64,000 nucleotides of DNA from Epiperipatus broadwayi (Eukaryota > Animalia > Onychophora). Shown piece by piece: positions 53,401 to 64,000 of this stretch; within the stretch, counting starts at the first letter, position 1; each line of letters opens with the position of its first letter. A program made the position numbers and the translations under genes. The stretch covers positions 24,242,001-24,306,000 of the forward strand of contig JAQFVV010000001.1 in NCBI GenBank assembly GCA_028023455.1. The letters are read 5' to 3'. Below the pieces are notes generated by a model. It had not been told where the DNA came from and ran no database searches. It was given only the letters and a program-made list of their open reading frames with translations.

Positions 53401-55190
53401 ATAGTATTTATCAATAGTAAATTGTTACATTTTGATTTATAAGTGTCAAAGTTACTCCATCCAAAACTTTGACACAATTCATTCTACATAGAGACAATTT
53501 TTAGTTTAAAAAATAATTAGTGATAATCATTACTGTATTTAACTAGAGTGGATTGTGTTAAAGTTGTGACTGGAATAAGTTTCATACTTGTGAATCAAAA
53601 TGTAACAATCAGCACTTATATTCTAAAAGTTTTGTATAAATAGCTGTGGATAAAATAAATGAATCAAAAATATACAAGCAAAATCAAAAGGAATGCACTG
53701 TTATAGGAGGCAGTTCATGAATATTGTGACGTCTTTATTTATATCTGACCATACCGATTGATTAAGTAAATGTTGAGGTAATCCACATTTTAATTAAAAT
53801 CATTTATTATGCATTTAAGATCGAATTATTAAAAATTTTGCCACTCAATATATTTTAATTCTAGTATAATAATGAATAACTAATGATAGGTGATTGATCA
53901 TCGAAATTCAAATACTACAGAACTAAGTTTATTATTTGAAAAGTTTGAAAGCAAATGAAAATGTAAAGTTTAAATGATGGTAGTTCCACTTTAATGCTGT
54001 ATTGTTAATAACTGACTGTTAAAGAATATAAGCTATTGCGATTATCAATTAAAGAAAGTGAAAAAAGCAAAGATTATTGATCGACTATAAGATATACATC
54101 TCTTCAAAATTTTCATTTTTTCTAAGTTATAGTTTTTCTTCATCACATTATGTCAGTGAACTTTTTTATCTCATTCATCTAACTCTGATTTTCATTTTTT
54201 CTAAAACACTCACAATCTCTTGGGAATAAGTTTAAGATTTTAATTATCCATCTACTAACACTTTTTCTAACAGCATGTTCAGAATAATTCCACTTTTATG
54301 GATATTTGATTGTTCTCATTTCTATATTTTTCTATTAAATCTTCAAGTTTCAGATCCATATATAAGTAATGGTAAAACATCATAATCAAAAACCTTCTTT
54401 TCAAACATATAAACATATTTTCCATTAATATTAAGTTATTTATATCAAAAACACTCAAGTTTATTCTATGATTAATTTTGTTCATTATATTTTGTTCTAT
54501 ATTAATAATTTAATCAAGATATATATTGTTGTTAAGTTTTTCTAATTCATTATTATCAATTTTATTTTCAATTTTTCTGAAAAACAAATGTGTATGACTT
54601 TAATCTTTTTAACATTTATTCTTTGATCTACTTTCTTATTTTCAACTGATTGTTTTTTTAAGTAAATTCTGAAGATTTGAAGAATTATTTTCAAAACAAT
54701 CGTTCCATTAGCAAAATTAGATTGGCTTAAGTAATCTCCATTTTTTTTTTTATAACTCCCCATTTAATCTGTAAAATACTTTAGTAAAATTAATGTAAAA
54801 TGTTTTGGAGATATGGAATCATTTTATATTATATTTTTATCCATATTAAGTTTTTTATATAATCTAAACCTTACTGATGCATTCTGATAAATGTTTTTCA
54901 GTTTGATATTTTTGATTCATGTCTTGACATTCTAATGCTTTAATCACTGCAGAAATGCTTATAGAATCAAAATTTTTTTTTTATAATATACAAATTAGAT
55001 GCAAAACAATAATAAATCCAATGCAAAATGATAAGCTATGGGCTTTGTTTTTTTTTTTTAATTATATAATTTTTTTAAAAAAAATTCCATATGTCTATCT
55101 TTTTTTTTTTCACTTTGTCTTAAATCTAAATTTATCTCCAACGTTTTTATTTCCCTATACTCCAATTCTAGCATTAGAATCTTTTATGTT

Positions 55191-55784
55191 ATTGAACCAG
55201 GAAAAACTCTCCATACAGTAGTGCCACTCAGTGCCAACCAGAGTAATCAATGGATGCCAGAAAATCCCCATCTAGTGCCTACTCATCCAATATCCCCAGA
55301 CTAGTTTCTGGCTTGTAGCTTCATCAGTGAGGAGCTTTGGATCTGAGAGCCCTGCACCTAGATCTTAAGATCTAATGCAACCCTCCAGCAGCCACCTTTT
55401 ATCTCTATCTAACTACAAAACTATGAGAATAAAATTGAAAACACAATATTTTCAATCTAAGCTCAATAGTTTATATAGTCATATGTGTCTGAACTCAGTT
55501 CAGTACCCATACATTTGGGTGTCTTTTGTTTTTTAATAACCATAGCCAACACTATCCTATTAGGCAGGATTGATGTTAAACCATTAAACATCACATGCTC
55601 AAAATTTCTTATGCTTGCACATAACTGTTATTGGATGAGTAGGCACTAGATGGGAATTTTATGCACAAGCCTTCTGGCATCTATTGATTACTCTGGCTGG
55701 TACTGAATGGCACTACTATATGGAGAGTTTTGCCTGTTCAATAACAGTTATGTGCAAGCATAAGAAATTGTGATCATGTGATGT
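55191..55784. mobile_element. Family 1 insertion: one full ~439 bp monomer plus an inverted partial monomer
   Basis: TGTTATTG recurs at 55187 and 55626 (period 439); 55630-55784 is inverted. Perfect 13 bp TSD AATCTTTTATGTT (55178-55190, 55785-55797). Confidence 0.9.
55285..55342 (-). ncRNA. Type I hammerhead ribozyme, best-preserved family 1 copy
   Basis: AUCCAA-AGC-UCCUCA-CUGAUGA-A-GCU-ACA-AGC-CA-GAAA-CUAG-UC-UGGGGA-UA-UUGGAU. Intact CUGAUGA/GAAA/GUC core; helix I UCCUCA/UGGGGA extended by AUCCAA/UUGGAU; palindromic helix III. Predicted cut between 55299 and 55298. Confidence 0.8.
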
Positions 55785-57999
55785 AATCTTTTATGTTGAA
55801 GATACCATCAATCTCTATAATGTTGTTTTTCCATTTTTTATTCATAATAAATCCCATCCCATTTAAGCTTCCAATATTTATATCTTTTCAAATCAATTGT
55901 TTTCTTCCTCTTTTCTTAGCATTTCACAAAGTCCAACAATGACTCATTTAATATTAGACATTTCTTCTACAATTCATATACTCTTCTTTGTTTAAATATG
56001 ATTAGTTCTTGGTACCTAAATGCAAGACTAGTGAATGGCAGTCTTAGTAATAATAAATTTTTAGCATATTCTGCCTTCAATCATTATGCGTTGCATTATC
56101 TGATGATTTAATACATCTGGAATATGGCAGCCATAATTTATTATTGTCTGTCATGATTGTACATACAAAAGAAAATGAGTATTCATATATAGATTCAATA
56201 TTCTCCCAGCTTTGTGAAAAAAAATCATAATATTTATCACTGATGTGTATTGGTGAGCAGTTTGTGCAAGTTGTTTTCTTATAAATAATCACTATTAATA
56301 ATAGCATATGCGAAAGATGGTGGGAGTGAATATTAAAAGTTTGTCCTGTTGAATTCCGTAAAGCCTTAAAAAAACATAATAATAAAAAAACTCCTTTTAG
56401 TTAACAACAAACAATTTGTGGATTGTTGGAAAATTATTTTTATTTTTTTGCAGTCATATATGCACACCTGCACACGCACAAATATATACCTACTCTTGAG
56501 CTTGAACATTAATGCTTTTAAAAATAATGGAGAAAGCCATTGCCTATTCAACAATTGTTTGCAAAAAAATACTTTTGCTGTTTTGTGAATATAAGTCAGG
56601 ATTTTAATTTTTTAGTAAATCAATCCCGGTTTATTCATCGAAAATTTCCAAGTAGTAATTGCATTTCTTCAAAAATTATATTACAAAAATGAAGACATCT
56701 TACAAGTTCTATTAAAAAAAAAAATATTGCAAATATACATTTCTCGTAGTACAGCCATTTGATTGTTAAAATAAGGATGATCGATCTAACTATTTTCCAA
56801 CTTCATTATAGAAAATTCTTCAATAAAAAATAAACTTTTATCTTTCCAATTTTAAAACTTATATTTGAGTATTTCTATACATCTTATTACAAAATGAATG
56901 CTGATTTGACGAAAAAAAGTATTTGCAAATTATATAAGTACATATTCATGTGATAATTGGTTTTGATATTAGAAGCAGCACAAAAACGTTAATCAAAACC
57001 CAACGCACTTTCACGTCAATTGAAATATTAAGATTTTTTCCTTTTACTTTCATCAATCAAAATCGCCCCTGAAAATGTTTCCCACCAGCAACTTCAGAGC
57101 TATTAATTAATAATAATAAAACCCACCATAGTTGATAGGTTAGCTATATGTGACTAAGATCTGGAATTCAAATTCAAATCAATCTCTATTTTTAAATAAT
57201 TGAGGAGTTTTTAATAAGCAGAGAATATTTTTTAGGTATCTGGATGTCTTATAACTAATCCAGGCAATCGTTCCATTATTATTATCACCATCATTAATAT
57301 TATTATGATTTCCGCCTATTCATAAAAAAAATTTCATTATCAGACAGGAGTAGTTTGTGACTACGGTTTTTCAGCCTAGTTTAAAATGATGATTGTTATT
57401 AACATAATTGGAATGAATATATTCCAGTAACAGAGTATTAAAAAGTTAGAGATAAAACAATCGATGAAAGAAACAAGTACAGGAAAGGAAAACCACTTTT
57501 GGGAAAAATTATTTATAGAATATAAGGTAGATAGATTTCATTATGAGAAATATAAACAATCAATGAAAAAGTTTATACCTAGATATGATATGAGGAGTTT
57601 TTTAAATGTATATTCATTAGTCGTGAACCATCTTTATTATTAATCAGTAAATAAGTATCTATTATTCTTAATTGGAAATTATACAATTCTCAAATATCTT
57701 AGCATTGTTCTTTTTTTGGAACAAATGAGTCTAGTAAGAAACTATTTTCAATTTGTGGCCCAAATGAATAAGAAAGCAATGCCCACTATTTTTAAAAATC
57801 TGCGAAAACATTAATGTCATCTACTTCTTTAACTCGACTGTATGGTTTTTAATTACTTTTATTAGAGTTACTAAAACATGATTAAATACTTACATATATA
57901 TATTCAAATTGTATTCTTATCTCAGTGCATCTTTTAACTATATATATAATCAGAATTTTTTAAAAAAATTTTTTGTTTATATTTTTACTAAAATTGATA

Positions 58000-59250
58000 A
58001 TATCACAATAGTAGGTGTTTTTATTTGTATAAACCCATACTTGTATATACACCCACACAGACACATAACCTTTAAATACGATTTTTTTTCTTACTTGTAA
58101 ATGTTTTTGCTTTATTACTATCATTAGTATATCCGCTCTAGTTGAGAAGTCAATCGTATTATATAATTACATCAATAGCACTTCACGTGTGAGTAAATTT
58201 TTTTAAAAAAGAACAAAAACAAATATTAACACCCTACAAATTGCCAGCGATCAAGTTAATGTGCTTTTTTTTTTTCATTTTCATTTGTAAAAAATAAATA
58301 AAATATACGCTATATGTACAGATACACACATACCAATATCCAGCTTTTTAAATCGTGAGGTGGCAGCATATCTGTTTTCTATTCGAACTGGGTGGGTAAA
58401 CTTTTTTTCTAATCAGGCTTAGATTTTTTTACGGGAAGTTATTGGATAATTGATTTGAATTGCATATAGGCTATTGGTCGGTAAATGATATTCTTAGTTA
58501 GAGGATAAAATAAGAGTAAGAAAACTTAAAATTCTCACTATTCAGTAATTAGAAATCCTCTTGAGTAATGTCTTCTTTTTACTTTACTGTTACATTTGCA
58601 GTGTTTAAGAAATTTTTTTCCATCTAATGGGATCATTTATCTATTTTTTTGTATGTACAGTATATATAAAAAGTTGGATGTAGAAAAAAAAAACCATGAG
58701 AAAAACATTTTTAAAGTATACATAAACCCTGCCGAATGGCAGGATAATTTAAAGAGTTCTAAATAATTTCACTCAAAAATTTTAGATTCTTGTTGTTTTG
58801 AGTAAGCAGCATCATAAAGCCACATGTTATTATGCAGGCAAAATTAATTTTTGTTGTAATAAAATGTTTTATTTATTTATTTAAAAATAAATTTGAAAAT
58901 TTTCGCATAGCGAGCCCTGGAAAAAGCAAGTTGCGCTTGTTTCCGGAATTTTTACTTCTCCATTCCAGTTGGTCACTCTGTTATAAATCGAAAACTAAAA
59001 ATTAGTGATAATTACACCCATTCAAAACTAATTTTATTTTTTAAACAATTGTACTACTAAAAACTAATTTTTATATTATCTAAATACATAATTATATATA
59101 TATTTAGGATTATTTGCTTGCATGACTGATCATTTTAGTTGGCCAGACCGGAGATTCTCTCTCTCTCTTTTTAACTTTCTTCTCTAGAAAGCAACTTTAT
59201 TCATCGACATCTTTACAAACGCAATCATTTGCTCTCATTTAATCTTCGTT
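58000..59250. promoter_or_regulatory. CpG-retaining region with ETS-like (TTCCGGAA) and GA-repeat motifs
   Basis: About 20 CpGs counted in ~1.25 kb; TTCCGGAA near 58941; (CT)n near 59157-59168. Confidence 0.3.
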
Positions 59251-60758
59251 TTTCCAAAATATTCCATTATAACCATGCATTATCTTCTTATCATTTAAAA
59301 TTCTCATCTCCAAATTACAACACCCATTCTTTCAAGATACTATATATATGTAGGCTATTCTTCAGAAAATCAAGGTATTTAAATCAGTTGACTCTCATTT
59401 CCATCATAACTTATGCATCTTGGTTAAGTATTTATAAGGATATATTTTTAAAGAAAAACATTTTTTTTATTATATTTCAAGTTAATTTAGGGATAGATAA
59501 ATAAAAGGTGGAGAACCCCCCCCCCCCATTAACTCATTTATCTTTACTTCATATATTTATAAATGCCATAATTTTTTACTTGCATTGATTTTTTTTTTTT
59601 TTTTAAGAGTTTTATTAATGATTAATGTATCTCTCTACAAAAACTTAATATTTTAGAAATAAACAGTGATGAAATTTGGGATTATTCGGGTAGGTGAAGA
59701 TTTTTTAGTTTCGGGTAGCTGGATCGCAGTCAGTGCAGTAAACCATTTAATTATTGATTGGTAAAAAGTAATCTATCTATTACAAGTTAGGAAGTAAGAA
59801 AAAAACCTCAAATTTGAACGAATTGGGTTCTTTAGCTTGATGAATAATGTCTTCTTTATTGTTTTTCTGTGCGCTGATGTTGAAAAGATTTTCCTCAGCA
59901 GTGGAATATTGAAAACTATTCCCACTTTTTTCCTTAACTTTTTAATATTGTATACTTATAGTACATAGTTGTGTATTTGGAAAATCAGTTTATATAAATA
60001 AATTTGGACTTAGTTAATTATCTTCAGTTTTTTATCACTTCATTAATTATTACAACAATTTTAGGAAGTATATTATTACATAGAAGGAAAAAAACTATCT
60101 GGGTTGAGTGGATTTCATGTAAGAATTTTAGCTTCTGGCATTATGAACAGACATTAAAATGTACTTTCAAGAAAAAATATAATGAATTTTACTGTCTGCA
60201 TCTCTGAAAATATTATGAAAGAAATTCTATTTTGATATTTCAAAATTATATGTAATTTACTAACTTCAATTTTTAGTTGTAATTTATTTTTTTACTTAAT
60301 AAAAAAACAAAATTCTTGTTTCATTCTAATGAACACATTGGGATTTTTTTAAAAAAAAAACAAACAAACAAAACATTAAGATAAAAAAAATTACAAATTA
60401 ATGATAGTAACCTGAAAAAGCAAACAAATAATTTAACGAACGCCGACGTCATCCTATTATGAATGTTAAATTCTCAATTAATATATACATTGAAATATTT
60501 TCTATAGGATAATTAATATTTGTTATAATAGGCCTACCACGGCAGCCCAATTTATGGACTTTGAATAGAATGTAAAATTTACTGAATTGATTTCTTACTG
60601 GTAATAAAAAATTATATATATATCACTTTCAAGCAGGTTTTTTGTCTTCATATTTTTCAGGTTGGAAAGAATGTTTTTAAATAATTTATATACAGCAGTT
60701 TGTGAAAATAATATATATGGTTATAATATTAATGATTTTAATAATTATATTTATCTAT

Positions 60759-61440
60759 GCCAGAATAATCAATGGATGCAAGAAGATTTGTGCATAAAAT
60801 CCCTATCTAGTGCCTACTCATTCACTATCCCCAGACTAGTTTCTATCTAATGGCTTTCATCAGTAAGAAACCTTATATTTGAGAGCACTACACTTAGATC
60901 TTAGAATCTAATGCAACCCTCCAGCAACCACCTTTTACCTTGTTAGTTAATTTCAAAGCTATGAGTCCAAAATAAAAACACAATAATGTTTTTAATTCAA
61001 GCTTATTTGCTTATATAGTTAAACAGATCTGAACCCAGCATTTATACATTTTAATGTCTTTGATTCTTTAATAACCATAGTTATTTTCATCCTATTTGGT
61101 AGGATTCATATTAACCACAAAACATTTTCTAAAAAGCTGGTAAAACAAATGCAAAACTGTCCATATAGTAGTGCCACCCAGTTCGGGCATAGTAATCAAT
61201 GGGTGCAAGAAGGTTGGTGCATAAATTTCCTACCTAGTGCCTACTTACCCAATATCTCAGTATAAACCAGTTTGGGGATATTGGATGAATAGGCACTAGA
61301 TAGGAATTTTATGCTCAAATCTTCTTGCATCCATTGATTATTCTGCTTGCACTAGGTGACACTACTATTATGATGTTTTACCTCTGTTTTAACAGCCTAT
61401 GTAAGCATAGAGAATGGTGATCAGGTGATGTTTAGTGAAT
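60759..61440. mobile_element. Family 1 insertion: >1 monomer in tandem, then an inverted copy
   Basis: The monomer start recurs at ~61150. HHR core is on the minus strand (CUGAUGA 60863-60857, GAAACUAGUC intact). The inversion junction at ~61255-61272 lies at the second HHR position. Confidence 0.88.
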
Positions 61441-64000
61441 TAATAACACATTGTACATTTTAAATTTATTTTTGGTGCATTTATATTTTATTATTAATGT
61501 TTTATTTTTCTAATTAACTAATGCATAAAAAGTTGATATTTTTTTTTTTGCAGACTGCTTTAAAAAAACCTTTAAAAATGAATAACCTATTATTTATTTA
61601 TGAAAACGCAATCTTAATTAACTAAAAATTAGATCAAAAATATATTGTACAGTTGGTTGTTATAGTTTTAATAATGTGATTAAATTATTATTATTTTTTT
61701 TTAGGATTATTGATGCTGTCTAGTAGGTAGGTATTTTTGCCTGGGGGAAATTAAAATTTTTATAGGTATGACAATATTAAATAGAAAATAGTTAAACAAA
61801 AATTGTTATTTGTTAAATCAAATACACATTTTTTGCTTTATTTTTAGAGTACTTTAATTTTGTGTATAGTAAAAATTTATATGAATTATATTCTGTGTAA
61901 ATTTTGTATTTTTTGCCTTCAGTGTGTCAAAAATCCCTGTTACAGATTAAAATATGAGAATACTAAATAAAAATTATGAAAGCTATATTTTTTACTAATT
62001 ATAATTGCAATTTGAAATATTATTGTATATAATATTAAGTATTTTTAATTACATAATAAATAAATATTGTACAATTTTTTTTTCTTGGGTAAATGTCATC
62101 ACTTTATTTTGCACAAATGCTATTACTTTGATGATGTCAATGTCTTATGACATCATAGTTTTGCAATATGGTTACCTCTTAAAAAAAATAGTGAGACATT
62201 TAGAACAAAATAGAATTTTTTAAAAAAAAAACACTATAGTGAATATGAGTTGTGATGATCACTATGGTGAATCTTGTATAAATCCTCCTCATATGCAAGA
62301 AATTGTGGTATTATTTATATATTACACAGATCTTTTTAGATTCTAGACATTAACAGTTTTTTTTGCTTGTTTTTTCTTATATAGAATCTTATAAACAGAC
62401 AACAATAAAAATTTAACCATGAATATAGTTTAACTATTATTATCATATACATGGAGAGTATGTGTATGCATATTTATTTGAATATACACATAAACAAGTT
62501 GCAGACAAAATGCTCAAGAATCAACATAAAAGTATGATATGGTGCTAAATTTTTTGCACTCATGAATTTTTTTATGATAATAATATTATCATAATGCAGT
62601 ATTCTAATCTTAATTCAATAATTAGGTTTAAATCCAGTTCATGGATATTAGTAATTAACTGTCATTAGAAATAATGCTTCATTGCTGAATATAAAATATT
62701 GCATATCTAATATAAATAATCTTGTGTATTACTAAGTTAATGTATTGTATATAAAAACAGGTTTATTTTTTACTGGCATTAGAATTTATACCTGTTGACT
62801 ATACAATCTTTGAAAATGTCTAAGAGGCATAACTAAAAAATTAATATGCGATAATAAATTTTAATATATATATATTTTAGACTTATATAATTTAAATTTT
62901 TCACTAATTTCTACCATTCTTAATTGAAAATCCTAGTGATAATTTCTCTTATATTTTCAACATTTGAATTTAAAAACTAAATGTTTATTCTGTATTATAT
63001 TTTGGCAATCTTTACAATATTTATTACAAATATAAATTAGTAAATAAAAAACATTTTAAAAGATAATATTCAAACTTTGCAAAATAGAAAATGAGATCAA
63101 TGATATTTGTTCTTAATTGATGACTGTCTTTGCTGATTGAAAAAAAAAATTAAAAAAATTATTTTTTATTTCAACTCTATTTTAACAACAAAATGAATTT
63201 TTATTTAGACATTATAAAGCAATAAAATTCTGTTTTAAAACATAAATTTGCACTTATTATTAAAACTTCACAAAAAGTTTTTGTATTGGCATTTATGAAA
63301 GCCTTTATTTTCAGCAAATCAATCATAATTTCTGTTTGACCAAAATACAGTTTTATTTGACTTATCTTCTTAAAAATAAACCTTTTAAAATAAAATTTAA
63401 CTTAAATCACACATTGTTTTGGTTTAAAATAAATATTTTACAAATATGTTGCATAAATAAGCATAAATATATAAATAAGCTAAATGAAAATTATATTTTT
63501 TTTCCAAAGCCTGAAATCAAAGAATCTATCAATCAGTAACATTATTACTTTCTTCATATTATAAAACTACCAAACAGGAGTTTTGTCAATTCTTTAGATT
63601 TCTGATATCTGTATGATGCTGACATCTTCAGATTTTAGTTTCAATTTTAACCACTAAATAAATGTGAACTGACAAAATAGTCCTGCAGCTGGTTGCAATT
63701 GGTCAAGAAAAGATTACTCATGAAATGATTAACTGCAGATAAAAGATTTTCACTTTCTTGTTAACTACCAAATATAAATTAGGAAAATGTTTTTCTAAAT
63801 GTTACACAATCACAATTTTTTTTACCGTTTTTTCAAAAAATAAATAATATAATATATACAATTTATTAAGTAATCTAAAATAAGTTTAATTAATATTAGT
63901 AAAAATCATTGTAAATTTTTATCTAAATTGCTTATGTTCAGATTTATAACATAACTGATGAGTTATAAATGAAACATAATGAATGAGAGATCAGTCTATT

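Larger units (their letters stand above)
54090..56050 (-). mobile_element. RTE family A, third and most decayed copy, interrupted by family 1
   Basis: INHRINL..F..NNLIL and GDYLSQSNFANG fragments (ORFs 54279-54485, 54542-54763). The APE start at 55800-56050 aligns with 39620-39850. Large internal deletions. Confidence 0.8.

Noticed and set aside
58727-58748. CCTGCC-GAAT-GGCAGG hairpin as a Helitron 3' end
   Set aside because: No downstream CTRR terminus or 5' TC end identified.

Overview
Very AT-rich (roughly 70-75% by eye), CpG-depleted animal nuclear DNA, most likely invertebrate intronic or intergenic sequence; I cannot assign the species. There are no intact long genes. Recognisable content: three decayed copies of one RTE-clade LINE (338-3040 +, a near full-length copy at 37049-40311 -, and 54090-56050 -), a second RTE-type LINE (46190-48470 -), a decayed L1/Tx1-like LINE (20990-25560 +), a Penelope-like (PLE) GIY-YIG remnant (7158-7480 -), two diverged copies of an LTR-like repeat, a tRNA-Gly pseudogene, microsatellites, and one plausible start-codon exon of an unidentified host gene (29751-29865). 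The main signal, invisible in the ORF track, is a set of at least five unrelated short non-coding repeat families. They insert with a PLE-type signature: partial tandem copies, an inverted piece joined at one end and, in six insertions, 11-16 bp target-site duplications. Four of them carry minimal type I hammerhead ribozyme (HHR) motifs with palindromic helix III. They include a ~440 bp permuted retrozyme-like family (6 copies), a ~424 bp family, a tRNA-headed SINE fused to an HHR, and a young fold-back insertion with a non-canonical core. PLE-associated HHRs and retrozymes are an established class; the individual families, variant cores and the tRNA-HHR fusion are what deserve follow-up. All alignments and folds were done by eye.
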